A stretch of DNA of 64,000 nucleotides from Syntrophales bacterium (GTDB taxonomy: Bacteria > Desulfobacterota > Syntrophia > Syntrophales > UBA4778). Where the stretch lies: the NCBI GenBank assembly GCA_963665615.2, contig CAXXQE010000008.1:186001-250000 (forward strand), in the 5' to 3' direction. The notes under the pieces were generated by a model. The model was given only the letters and a program-made list of their open reading frames with translations. It was not told the DNA's origin and ran no database searches. Positions 28,387 to 38,074 of the stretch are shown here, in pieces. The position numbers and the translations under genes are program-made. Within the stretch, counting starts at the first letter, position 1. Each line of letters begins with the position of its first letter.

Positions 28387-29428
28387 TGATGAGTCCAGCC
28401 CGCCTCTTGATCAGTTCTCCGACAATGCTGACGGCGATCTCCTCGGGGGTTTCTGCATCGATTTCGACACCGATCGGTGAATGCACCTGGGCAAGCCTTT
28501 CGCTCGTTACGCCAGCACGACGCAGGTACTCATAGATGGTGTCCCGTTTGCGCCTGCTGCCGATCATGCCGATATAGCCGGCGTCGGTCTTGACAGCCTG
28601 TTCCAGCACGGTTCGATCATAGGCGTGTCCCCGCGTGACGATGACAAGATAGCTGCTACGATTGACGGGCAGGTCTTTGACGCAGTTGTCCATGTCCGAC
28701 GCGACAATGATCTGGTCGGCCTGGGGAAACCGGTGCGCGTTGGCAAATTCCGCCCGATCGTCCAGCACCACGGTCTGAAATCCGACAAATGCGGTTAACT
28801 GCGCAAGCTTCTGGGAAACGTGCCCTGCACCGAAGATATAGACCGTTCCCATGTAATGAATTGGCTCGACCAGGTATGACGTCTCCCCAACCGCTACCTG
28901 CTGCGGACGACGCCCCTTGCGCAAACGCGTCAGAACGTTCAGCGCCTCTCCGGAAAGTGGCATGCCGACGGTGAGTCCGTCCCGGTTCATCATGGCTAGA
29001 CGGATCTGGTCATGGCCGCCCGGCGCCGTTTCGATTTTGGTGATCAGAAAGGTCTCATGATCACTGCCGGTCAGGCTCCCGATCGATTTGCAGACCGCAG
29101 CGTTTTCCGGACACGCGGCACGCAGCAGATCGATAAAGATTCGGGCGCTGCCGCCACAGATCATGTCCATGCCTCCAACCTCATCGCAGGAAAACCGGAA
29201 ATCACGGGTCACCGCCTGGCCATTCTGAAGGACCTCTCGAGCCAGATTGATCGCCTTGGCCTCGAAGACCCCGCCGCCGATCGTCCCGAAGATGCTACCG
29301 TCCCGCCGTACGAACATCTTGCTGCCGGCGGTACGCGGCGAAGATCCATGGTGATCGACAATCGTCACCATCGCGATATCTTCTCCCTGTTCCAGCAGGG
29401 TCGCACAATTCAGAAAAAGTTCCTTCAC
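28373..29428 (-). CDS. xdhC: XdhC family Moco chaperone
   Basis: GSSPRTAGSKM, GTIGGG, MICGG, FGAGHVS, GMIGSRRK, AETPEEIAVSI. Confidence 0.93.
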   Translation of the reverse strand: MKELFLNCATLLEQGEDIAMVTIVDHHGSSPRTAGSKMFVRRDGSIFGTIGGGVFEAKAINLAREVLQNGQAVTRDFRFSCDEVGGMDMICGGSARIFIDLLRAACPENAAVCKSIGSLTGSDHETFLITKIETAPGGHDQIRLAMMNRDGLTVGMPLSGEALNVLTRLRKGRRPQQVAVGETSYLVEPIHYMGTVYIFGAGHVSQKLAQLTAFVGFQTVVLDDRAEFANAHRFPQADQIIVASDMDNCVKDLPVNRSSYLVIVTRGHAYDRTVLEQAVKTDAGYIGMIGSRRKRDTIYEYLRRAGVTSERLAQVHSPIGVEIDAETPEEIAVSIVGELIKRRAGLINASP

Positions 29429-29647
29429 AAAAAACTCCTAAAAGCAATTATCTGTTAGCTATAGACTCGTCCCTCATTCGGGATGAAATACCCGGCTCCC
29501 AACCGCCAAAGGCTGATGGTTATTGCTTCGTTCAGGTCGTCATTAACAGATGCAGATGGCGTCTTTATTTGTCCTGACGGCAGCGGAAGGGTGGTGCTCG
29601 TTTCCGAATTGGAAGATCGCCGACGCAATAACAGCCTATGGCTAACG

Positions 29648-30811
29648 CTACTTATTCCTTCCGATTTCCGCCATAGCTTGAATCGCCGCATCAATGTCCT
29701 CCGACGTATTGAAAGGGCCAATGCTGAAGCGAACCGCGCCCTGCGGAAAGGTTTGAAGCACCTGATGGACGAGCGGCGCACAGTGCAGTCCTGTCCGGAC
29801 GGCAATACCGTAATCGCCGTCCAGAATGGCCCCGACGTCATCCGGGTTCACATTGCGGATGGAAGCAAGTAGAATGGCGGTACGGTTGTCCCAATGGGCA
29901 GGGCTGTGAATTTGAACGGCAGGAATTTCCGAGAGCCCTTCCGACAAGCGCTTTGCCAATGCGATTTCCCTGGCGCGTATTTCATCGATTCCCGTTTCGT
30001 CCAGATAATTCAAGCCCGCGCCAAGACCGAGGATGCCCAGGAGGTTGAGCGTACCGACCTCCAGGCGATGCGGATAAGACTGTGTGTGCTCCAGGCTCTT
30101 GGATTCAATTCCGGTTCCGCCGAATCGGGTTGTGCGGACATCGATCTCGTCGTCGAGAACCAGCCCGCCAGTCCCTGACGGCCCCATCAGGGATTTATGG
30201 CCGGTAAAGGCCACCGCACTGACGCCCCACTGACGCATCCGGATGGGGATGATGCCGGCACTCTGGGCTACATCGAGGATGAGCGGAACGCCATGCTCCT
30301 TGCAGACCCGTCCGATCGCCTCCGCATCCTGAACGACCCCGATCACATTGGACGCGTGGTTAACGATGACCATTCGGGTTTCGGGGCGGATCGCCCGTGC
30401 GATATCCTCGGGATCGATAAAGCCCTGACCGTCGGCGGAAACCAGATCGTAGCTTATCAGGCCGGTTGTTTGAAAATGATGAAGGGGCCGCAGGACAGAG
30501 TTGTGTTCCAGCCGCGTGCTCACCACATGGCAGCCCGGCTCGATCAGGCCCTGAATAACGAGATTGAGGGCATCGGACGCGTTTGCGGCAAAGATGACCC
30601 GCTCCGGATCATTACTGCCGAAAAAACAGCACAGATGCTCCCGAACGTCAAAGACGAGATCTTGCGCCATCACGGCCAGATCGTAGCTGCCTCGCCCTGG
30701 AGAGACACCTTGGGAGAGATAAATCTCTAAAGCCTGCTTCAGAAGCGATCCTGGCTTTGGAAAAACCGTGGCGGCGTTATCAAGGTAAATCAGTCCATCG
30801 AAAGGGTCCAT
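29648..30811 (-). CDS. Cysteine desulfurase family (aminotransferase class V)
   Basis: YLDNAAT, EHNSV, DVAQS, TGHKSL (PLP Lys), RTGLHCAP (catalytic Cys). Confidence 0.92.
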   Translation of the reverse strand: MDPFDGLIYLDNAATVFPKPGSLLKQALEIYLSQGVSPGRGSYDLAVMAQDLVFDVREHLCCFFGSNDPERVIFAANASDALNLVIQGLIEPGCHVVSTRLEHNSVLRPLHHFQTTGLISYDLVSADGQGFIDPEDIARAIRPETRMVIVNHASNVIGVVQDAEAIGRVCKEHGVPLILDVAQSAGIIPIRMRQWGVSAVAFTGHKSLMGPSGTGGLVLDDEIDVRTTRFGGTGIESKSLEHTQSYPHRLEVGTLNLLGILGLGAGLNYLDETGIDEIRAREIALAKRLSEGLSEIPAVQIHSPAHWDNRTAILLASIRNVNPDDVGAILDGDYGIAVRTGLHCAPLVHQVLQTFPQGAVRFSIGPFNTSEDIDAAIQAMAEIGRNK

Positions 30812-30821
30812 CTTTTATGCT

Positions 30822-31172
30822 TTATCCCTTACACCCTCTGGACCCTCTCATGCCTGCAAGCCTGTGGGCGCCTCGCAAGATCCCGCCCGGGAACAACGTC
30901 TCCAGCTCCGTCAGACTCATTTTGGTCCCGACTTTGAGATGATGGTTCAGGGGCGGGCGCCCCTGTTCCGCGTAGAATTTTCTAATGAAACGAACGACCG
31001 CGAGATGCTTGTCGGTAATTTCTTCGATACCGGCTTCGCGGGCCAAAACTTCAAAGATCTCCTCCGTCCAAAGGGTGGGGTTCAGTAAGAACCCCTCCCC
31101 ATTGAACAGAAGTTCTGTGCCGGCAATGACCCGGCTGTATGACGTTTGATAATGAGGTTTTTCTTCACTCAC
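30822..31172 (-). CDS. TusE/DsrC family sulfur relay protein
   Basis: EGFLLNPTLW, HLAVVRFIRKFY, LFPGG...AHRLAG...GC near C-terminus. Confidence 0.88.
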   Translation of the reverse strand: MSEEKPHYQTSYSRVIAGTELLFNGEGFLLNPTLWTEEIFEVLAREAGIEEITDKHLAVVRFIRKFYAEQGRPPLNHHLKVGTKMSLTELETLFPGGILRGAHRLAGMRGSRGCKG

Positions 31173-31183
31173 AACTGAAAAGC

Positions 31184-33835
31184 CTATTTCTTCCCCAGAG
31201 CCGCCAGAACCTTATCAGGCGTCATCGGCAGATCTTTGATGTAAACACCGATCGCATCAAAGACCGCGTTGGCAATCGCCGGGTGGGTGGCCACCATCGT
31301 TGATTCGCCCACGCCCGTTGCACCCAGAGGACCACGTGCTCGAGGAGATTCGATCAGCATGGTCTCTATCGGGAAGGACGTTCCGAATGTCGGGAACTTG
31401 TAAGAGATCCAGTCCTTGGTCTTTCCGAGAACGAACTGCTCCCGCAGGGCGTATCCTGCACCCTGATCCAGTCCGCCTTCCACCTGGCCGATAACCGCCA
31501 GGGGATTGATGACCGTGCCGGGGTCGAAGACGTTCGTCATCTTCAGGACCTTGATCTCGCCGGTTTCCTTGTTGACCTCGACCTCGGCCAGCTGGACGCC
31601 GTGGAGTCGGGAATCCCATGCCTGTCCCTGACCCGTCGTTTTGTCGATGCCCTTATGGGGAAGAATCCTTTCTCCCATATAGCGGACAGGTTTCCCCGCC
31701 TTTTCCAGATCGCTGCGCTTCTTGGCCCCTGTCTCTTTCATGGCCTCCTTGAGCAATCCGATCGCGTGGACCAGGGCTCCTCCGGCCATGTAGGTCAGAC
31801 GGGACGAGGCCGCGACACCGCCGTCCGGCGTGTTTTCCGTATCGCGCATGACCAGTCTGATCTTGTTCAACGGCATCTCCAGGCAATGCGCCGCAATCTG
31901 GCTCATCATGGCATCGTTGCCCTCGCCGGGGTCGGCAACCCCGCCGAACACGGTGACGCCGCCATCTTCATCCAACTCGACGGCGATGTGAGCCGTGTCA
32001 TTGCCGTCGCCGATGCCGAAGCTGCAGCCTGCAATGCCGAGTCCTCGACAGATCCCTTTGGATTTGGCCTCCTTGGTAGCCTTGAGAATCTCGTCATAAT
32101 ACGGCTTGATCTTCTCGAAACAGGCGCGGGCGGCCCATTCGTCAACCACTTCGCCCGTGGAGGTGGTCTCACCCGGATTGAGCATGTTCTTCATACGGAG
32201 ATCATAAGAATCCATGCCCAGCTTGGCCGCCATCAACTGGATGGCGCCTTCCAGGGCGAAGTTGGCCTGCGGTGGTCCGGCGCCGCGGGCAGCACCGCCC
32301 CAGGTGTCATTGGTATAAACGAGCTTGCCGTCGACCTTGACGTGGGGGAGGCGATAGCAGCCGCTCAACATCTCGATAGAGCGATCCAGAATGACCGGGC
32401 CGACGGACGTACGCGCACCGTTTTCCACGATGAAATCCATCTGGTATCCGGTGAAGTTCCCATCCTTGTCGGCGCCCAGCCGAATGGTCATATCATAGGG
32501 ATGCCGCTTGGAGGTCATCACCAGGGATTCTTCGAGGGTGGGGACGTAACGGACGGGCTGCTTGAAATGCAACGCCGCGGCCGCAGCGATTCCTTCGGAC
32601 GTAATATCGCATTTGATGCCGAACTGTCCGCCGACATACGGTTCGATGTACCGCACGTTCGGCCATGCCAAGGCTTCCTGAAGGAGCATGGCATGCGCGT
32701 GAATCCAGATCGATCGACCATAAACCAGAAGCTGCGCATCGTCGCCGTCACCGTCCAGATAGGCCAGAGCGGTTTCCGGCTCGAGGGGTGACTGATGAAC
32801 GATCGGCGTGGTGAAACGCGCCTCAACAACATGCTCAGAGGCGGCCAACGCCTTCAGTGCATCTCCCTTGATCTGGACAGAGGGATAGATGAAATTCGGG
32901 AAGTCGGGCTGCACCCGCGGTGCGCCCTCGGCCAGTGCCTCGGCAGCGGTCTTGAGCGCCGGCAGCACTTCATACTCGACCTTGACGGCCGCGGCCGCGG
33001 CCCGTGCCTCTTCGCGTGTCCGCGCGATCACGGCGGCCACCGGAGATCCCAAAACCGGCAGAATGTCCGTGCAGAAGATGGGTTCATCCTTGAACACCAT
33101 GCCCACGTTATTATTGCCCTTGACGTCCTTGGCCGTAATGACGCCGACCACGCCGGGCATCTTTTCCGCTGCGGACGCGTCGATCGAGATCAGCTTGGCG
33201 TTCATATGCGGGCTTCTCACGGCGGCTGCTTCGAGGCAGCCCTCTACAAAGAAGTCGTCCGTAAACTTTGCCGCACCGCAGGCTTTCAGAAAGAAGGAAG
33301 GACGAACGTGAGACTGTCCAATCGCCGGTGCCGTCGCCTTGACGTGCAGCGCCTCGGGGGTCACCTCTGCGCGGATGAACCGACCGGCCAGCAGAACGGC
33401 CTTGATGATCATGTTGTATCCGGTGCAGCGACACAGGTTGCGGCGGAAGGCTTTTTTGATGTCTTCTACGGTAGGATTGTTGTTCTCATCCAGAAGCGCC
33501 TTGGCCGCCATGATCATACCAGGGGTGCAGAACCCGCACTGGATGGCGCCTTCCAAAACGAAGGCCTGCTGAATCAGATGGGGATTTTCGGGGGTTCCCA
33601 ACCCCTCAACGGTAATGACGTCGGCACCCTCCAGATCCTTCATCTTAACGATACAAGATTTAACCGCCTTCTTGTTGACGATGACGGTACACGCGCCGCA
33701 CTGTCCCTTTCGATCGCAGGACTGCTTGGCTCCTGTCAGGTGCAAGCCCTTTCGAAGCACGTCGATGAGTACGGCCTTCTCATCAACCATGACCTCTGTA
33801 GGGACAGAGTTCACCTTGAAAGTAATTTTCTTCAC
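31184..33835 (-). CDS. Molybdopterin-dependent aldehyde oxidoreductase (Mop-like; 2x[2Fe-2S] + Moco domain)
   Basis: GQCGACTV, QCGFCTPG, NLCRCTGY; GGQFG, GQVEGG, GVGE; no FAD domain. Confidence 0.92.
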   Translation of the reverse strand: MKKITFKVNSVPTEVMVDEKAVLIDVLRKGLHLTGAKQSCDRKGQCGACTVIVNKKAVKSCIVKMKDLEGADVITVEGLGTPENPHLIQQAFVLEGAIQCGFCTPGMIMAAKALLDENNNPTVEDIKKAFRRNLCRCTGYNMIIKAVLLAGRFIRAEVTPEALHVKATAPAIGQSHVRPSFFLKACGAAKFTDDFFVEGCLEAAAVRSPHMNAKLISIDASAAEKMPGVVGVITAKDVKGNNNVGMVFKDEPIFCTDILPVLGSPVAAVIARTREEARAAAAAVKVEYEVLPALKTAAEALAEGAPRVQPDFPNFIYPSVQIKGDALKALAASEHVVEARFTTPIVHQSPLEPETALAYLDGDGDDAQLLVYGRSIWIHAHAMLLQEALAWPNVRYIEPYVGGQFGIKCDITSEGIAAAAALHFKQPVRYVPTLEESLVMTSKRHPYDMTIRLGADKDGNFTGYQMDFIVENGARTSVGPVILDRSIEMLSGCYRLPHVKVDGKLVYTNDTWGGAARGAGPPQANFALEGAIQLMAAKLGMDSYDLRMKNMLNPGETTSTGEVVDEWAARACFEKIKPYYDEILKATKEAKSKGICRGLGIAGCSFGIGDGNDTAHIAVELDEDGGVTVFGGVADPGEGNDAMMSQIAAHCLEMPLNKIRLVMRDTENTPDGGVAASSRLTYMAGGALVHAIGLLKEAMKETGAKKRSDLEKAGKPVRYMGERILPHKGIDKTTGQGQAWDSRLHGVQLAEVEVNKETGEIKVLKMTNVFDPGTVINPLAVIGQVEGGLDQGAGYALREQFVLGKTKDWISYKFPTFGTSFPIETMLIESPRARGPLGATGVGESTMVATHPAIANAVFDAIGVYIKDLPMTPDKVLAALGKK

Positions 33836-34127
33836 CGGCTACTTTCCTCCTCTTTTTTATTTTTATTTTTTATATTGCCCGCTTACGTCTCCCATACGTC
33901 GTAGGGCGTTTTCTAAAAAGACTACCTGTCACTGGGGTTCTAGTCGATTAGTGTCCGTTATTTGCCGCCGCGTCGCTCTGCTCGACATTGTTTCAAGATG
34001 GAAAACCCCGCGCAAGATATGTTCTAGAGAAGCGTCTAATTTTAAAAGAGAATCTCTCATTGAAACGCACTCGCTGCAGGATTGGAACACCGTGAAACCG
34101 CTACCGGTCCTAATCTTACCCACTGGC

Positions 34128-34158
34128 GGTTATATATTATCGGAAATAACGCCGTCAA
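34128..34158 (-). promoter_or_regulatory. ModE-like box overlapping the putative aldehyde oxidoreductase operon promoter
   Basis: GGTTATAT-N8-AAATAACG (34128-34151) versus ModE consensus CGTTATAT-N8-ATATAACG; minus-strand TTGACG at 34158-34153. Confidence 0.6.
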
Positions 34159-34338
34159 GTCATTTGTGAGCCCTATCCCCAGGCGTCTCCTCTATTTCGA
34201 CCGCGCCATCGCTACCAGTCGCAACAAATCAGCGGACATCGGGTACTAGGAAACCGGCCTCTCACTCAAGGGTGGAATTCTTGACTTTCATAAGAAAATT
34301 ATATAGTTTTTAAATGTAAGTCAGAGGGAATACGGACA

Positions 34339-35118
34339 ATGGGGGGCACGATGCAGGTCGCTTTTAAGGTATGGCTGGACAATAACGGGAAGGTCTTTGG
34401 AGAAGGGGTTCTCGAGCTTCTGGAGGAAGTGGAGAAAACGGGCTCTCTTCATCGGGCGGCGATGGACTTGGGAATGTCCTATCGAACAGCCTGGAGTATG
34501 GCTCGAAAGGTCGAAAAACGTCTTGGGGTTGCAATTCTGAACCGAAGGGCAGGCGGCCTTGCGGGTGGCGGTTCCCAGATCACCCAAGAGGGGCGCAACC
34601 TGATGGAACGCTATCGGGCTATGAACCAGGAATTCGGCGCCATCATTCAGCAACTCTACCGAAAGCACTTCGGAAATCCGATTACGTCACAAGAAACAAC
34701 GCCGACGCTTAGGTCGAAAATCACCGTCGACACCTTGCCGTCCGAGGGAGGGCACGACGACGAGAGACGCTTCGTTTCACCCAAGGGGGAAATGGCTCAA
34801 ATCCTGAACCGCCCCTATGAACCCTATTACCATCTTGCCTATTGGGATCTGGACACACCCAGCTCCGGACAGGAACGCGGTCACCACTACCACGCGAAAA
34901 AGGTGGAGTACTTTTACATCCTGACCGGGAAAGTGGATTTTATCCTGGAGACGCTGGATAAGACCGAGCGGCTTGTGATCTCACTGGAAGCGGGCCAGCG
35001 CATCACCCTCCAGCCCGGCGTCGCACATGCCTTCCGGTCGAAGGGCTACGCGCAGGTCGTCGAATACTCCCCGGCGGCCTACGACCCGACCGACACCTAC
35101 CCTCAGCCGGTGGGGTGA
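34339..35118 (+). CDS. ModE-type wHTH regulator fused to a cupin domain
   Basis: VFGEGVLELL...TGSLHRAAMDLGMSYRTAW...GGGSQIT; C-term RGHHYHAKKVEYFYILTG...PGVAHAF. Confidence 0.85.
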   Translation: MGGTMQVAFKVWLDNNGKVFGEGVLELLEEVEKTGSLHRAAMDLGMSYRTAWSMARKVEKRLGVAILNRRAGGLAGGGSQITQEGRNLMERYRAMNQEFGAIIQQLYRKHFGNPITSQETTPTLRSKITVDTLPSEGGHDDERRFVSPKGEMAQILNRPYEPYYHLAYWDLDTPSSGQERGHHYHAKKVEYFYILTGKVDFILETLDKTERLVISLEAGQRITLQPGVAHAFRSKGYAQVVEYSPAAYDPTDTYPQPVG

Positions 35119-35337
35119 ACCCGCCCGGCGGGGCGGGGGGTTCCGGGTTTGAGCGGCTAACGCTGAGATCCTCAGTACACGGCCTCCGGCTCACAGAGGA
35201 TGAGCAGCTCAGAGGTTAAGAACTTGAGAAAGATTGATAAAAACCAATCGCTTCATCGTACCTGAAGCGATGAATTAAACCAGGACGGCCTCCTGTCTTC
35301 TCAACGTCACTCCTTATCGTTTGTCACTCGTTACTTG

Positions 35338-36693
35338 TCACTGCGGCGCCTGCTGGAAATAGTCGTCGATGGCGGCAAACGCCGTCCTGACCATCAAATC
35401 AATATCCGGCTCTTCGACGACATAGGGCGGCATAAAATAGATGACATTGCCGAGGGGACGCAGGAGAACGCCCTTGGCCAAGGCGATCTGGTAGATCGCA
35501 TAACCCACCCGCCGCTGCCAATCGAAGCCCCTCTTGGATGCCTTGTCCTCCACCAGCTCCAGCGCACCGATCATCCCGAGCTGGCGAAATTCTCCGACAT
35601 GCGGATGGGCCTCTGCCCGCTGCCTTACTTTTTCTGCGATCAGGGCGGACTTGACCCGGTTGCGTGCCAGAACGTCTTCATCGCGAAAGATGTTCAGCGA
35701 TTCGCAGGCCACGGCGCAGGCAATCGGGTTGCCTGTATAGCTGTGGCTGTGCATAAAGGCCTTGAGTGCGGTGTAGTCGTGATAGAAGGCCTCATAGATG
35801 GCATCTGTCGTCACCACCAGGGACAGCGGCAGATACCCCGCCGTCAGGCCCTTCGAGAGGCACATGATGTCAGGGCTGATCCCGGCGTGCTCGCAGGCAA
35901 ACATCTTTCCCGTCCGCCCGAAGCCGACCGCGATCTCGTCGGCAATCAGATGGATGTTCAGTTCTGTGCAGAGTTGCCGCAGCTTTTTGAGATAGACGGG
36001 CGGATAGATCTTCATCCCCGCCGCGCACTGAACGAGGGGTTCGATGATAAAGGCGCAGATCTCTTCGTGGTTTGCGCGCAGCATCGCCTCCACTGGCTCG
36101 AAACACGCGGCGTTACAGCTCTCGCGGCGCTGTCCGTACGGACAGCGATAGCAGTCCGGCCCCGTCGCCTTCAGGGTGTTGAGCATAAGCGGCTGGAAGA
36201 TCTTGCTGTAGAGATCAAGGTCGCCCACCGAAAGCGCCCCCAGTGTCTCGCCGTGGTAGGCATCGGTGATTGCGGCAAAGCGGGTCTTGGCAAAATGGCC
36301 CGCCTGCTGGTGGTACTGGAAGCTCATCTTGAGAGCCACCTCGACGGCGGAGGAACCGTTGTCGGCAAAGAAGACCCTGTTCAGGCCCGCCGGCACAATC
36401 TGCACGATCCGCTCTGCCAGTTCAATCGCTGGCTTGTGTGAGAAGTTCGCAAAGATGACATGCTCCAGACGGCTAACCTGCTCCTGGATCGCCCGGTTGA
36501 TCCGGGGATTGCTGTGACCGAAGAGATTGACCCACCAAGACGAGACCGCGTCCAGATAGGACCGGCCGTCCACGTCGTAGAGATATGCCCCCTCGCCCCG
36601 GTCGATCACGATCGGCGGGAAGGCCTCGTAGTCTTTCATCTGCGAGCAGGGATGCCAGATGTGATTTAAATCGCGTTGCTGTAGTTCGTTCAT
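35338..36693 (-). CDS. bioA: Adenosylmethionine-8-amino-7-oxononanoate aminotransferase
   Basis: IWHPCSQM, SSWWVN, YHGET, DEIAVGFGRTG, SKGLTAGY. Confidence 0.97.
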   Translation of the reverse strand: MNELQQRDLNHIWHPCSQMKDYEAFPPIVIDRGEGAYLYDVDGRSYLDAVSSWWVNLFGHSNPRINRAIQEQVSRLEHVIFANFSHKPAIELAERIVQIVPAGLNRVFFADNGSSAVEVALKMSFQYHQQAGHFAKTRFAAITDAYHGETLGALSVGDLDLYSKIFQPLMLNTLKATGPDCYRCPYGQRRESCNAACFEPVEAMLRANHEEICAFIIEPLVQCAAGMKIYPPVYLKKLRQLCTELNIHLIADEIAVGFGRTGKMFACEHAGISPDIMCLSKGLTAGYLPLSLVVTTDAIYEAFYHDYTALKAFMHSHSYTGNPIACAVACESLNIFRDEDVLARNRVKSALIAEKVRQRAEAHPHVGEFRQLGMIGALELVEDKASKRGFDWQRRVGYAIYQIALAKGVLLRPLGNVIYFMPPYVVEEPDIDLMVRTAFAAIDDYFQQAPQ

Positions 36694-36714
36694 TTTGTAA
36701 CATCCGAGTTAATG

Positions 36715-36822
36715 GTAAATAGTAAATAGTAACGAGTGACGAGTAACAAGTGACGAGAGAAAACAAAAAACATGTACTTAAGACGCCTGTCACCTGTGAC
36801 TTGTCACTCGTTACTCGTGACT
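36715..36822. repeat. Heptamer tandem repeats (GTRACRA) arranged as inverted arms between bioF and bioA
   Basis: GTAACGA GTGACGA GTAACAA GTGACGA ... TTGTCAC TCGTTAC; same family at 10708-10780, 15368-15447, 35305-35341. Confidence 0.8.
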
Positions 36823-38026
36823 AGAACAGCGTCCCCTGCACATGCCCGCCGCCGAGGACGCCGAGCTTGTGGCCGATCCGTTCAATCGCCGCCGCGGCCC
36901 GTTCCAGATCTTCTTGGGTATGCGTCGCCATCAGACTGATTCGCAGCCGGCTGGTTCCCGGCGGCACCGTGGGCGGCCGGACCGCAGGGATATAGATCCC
37001 TTCGGCGAAAAGCGCCTCGGCGAAACGCACTGCCATCTCGGGCTCTCCCACGATGACGGCCAGTATCGGCGTCTGCGTCTCCGGCACCCGGAAACCTGCC
37101 GTCCGCAGACGCTCCTGAAGCCACCGCGCATGGGCAAGCAGCGTCGCCCGACGTTCAGGCTCTGTCCGCACGATCTCCAGGGCCTTCAGTGACACTGCGA
37201 CCGTGGCCGGCGACAGCGCCGTCGAGAAGATAAAGCTCCGCGCCTTGTTGACCAGGTAGTCGATCAGAATCTGGCGCCCCGCCACATAACCGCCCTCGCT
37301 TGCAAAGGCCTTGCTCAGGGTTCCCATCTGGATATCGACCTTCTTGCCCAGGCCGAAGTAATCCGCCGTTCCGCCGCCGTGGGGGCCGAGGACGCCGGTT
37401 GCGTGGGCATCGTCCACCATGACCAAAATCCCGCTGCGCTCTGCGATATCGACGATGTCCGGCAGCGGCGCGATATTCCCGTCAACGCTGAAGATCCCAT
37501 CCGTCACGATCAGGGCCGCCTCCGCATGCCACGCCGTAACCTTGCGCTTCAGGTCGGCCATGTCGCAGTGGTTGTAAACCACTACCTCGGCGCCACTCAT
37601 CCGGCAGCCGTCGATGATGCTCGCATGATTGAGGCTGTCCGAGAAGATCACCCATCCCTTGTCGGCCACTGTAGAGAGAAGCCCCACGTTGGCCATGTAG
37701 CCCGTATTGAAGAGCAGGCAGGCTTCCGTTCCCTTGAAGGCGGCTAATTCCTCCTCCAGTTTCCGGTGAATGGTGTAACTCCCGGTCAGAAGGCGCGCCC
37801 CGCCGGAGCCGACGCCATATTGCGCCACGGCCTCGCAAGCAGCTTGACGGAGCCGGTCGTCGTCGCAAAGTCCCAGATAACTGTTAGAGGACATCAGAAG
37901 GACATCGCGTCCCTCAATGCGGGTGTGCGGGCCCTGTGGGGCCTCCAGATAGCGCATCTTGCGGTAAAGTCCCGCCGCCTTGATATCGGTCAGTTGTTTT
38001 TCAAATCGTGAGAAGATGTGTTTCAT
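36821..38026 (-). CDS. bioF: 8-amino-7-oxononanoate synthase
   Basis: [34 protein letters not shown]. Confidence 0.95.
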   Translation of the reverse strand: MKHIFSRFEKQLTDIKAAGLYRKMRYLEAPQGPHTRIEGRDVLLMSSNSYLGLCDDDRLRQAACEAVAQYGVGSGGARLLTGSYTIHRKLEEELAAFKGTEACLLFNTGYMANVGLLSTVADKGWVIFSDSLNHASIIDGCRMSGAEVVVYNHCDMADLKRKVTAWHAEAALIVTDGIFSVDGNIAPLPDIVDIAERSGILVMVDDAHATGVLGPHGGGTADYFGLGKKVDIQMGTLSKAFASEGGYVAGRQILIDYLVNKARSFIFSTALSPATVAVSLKALEIVRTEPERRATLLAHARWLQERLRTAGFRVPETQTPILAVIVGEPEMAVRFAEALFAEGIYIPAVRPPTVPPGTSRLRISLMATHTQEDLERAAAAIERIGHKLGVLGGGHVQGTLF

Positions 38027-38074
38027 TTCGTGCCTTGTATCGCAAAGACCGGCGCAATAGCCGGTCCGTTCGTT

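Noticed and set aside
29648..33835. Selenocysteine read-through in TusE, desulfurase or oxidoreductase
   Set aside because: The ORFs are complete and end in TAA or TAG with no in-frame TGA.
31601..33904. Long + strand ORFs (396 and 369 aa)
   Set aside because: Antisense shadows of the aldehyde oxidoreductase gene with no recognisable motifs.
33840..34125. Moco riboswitch in the leader of the Mo enzyme operon
   Set aside because: The expected stems and conserved motifs could not be recognised by eye; needs cmscan.
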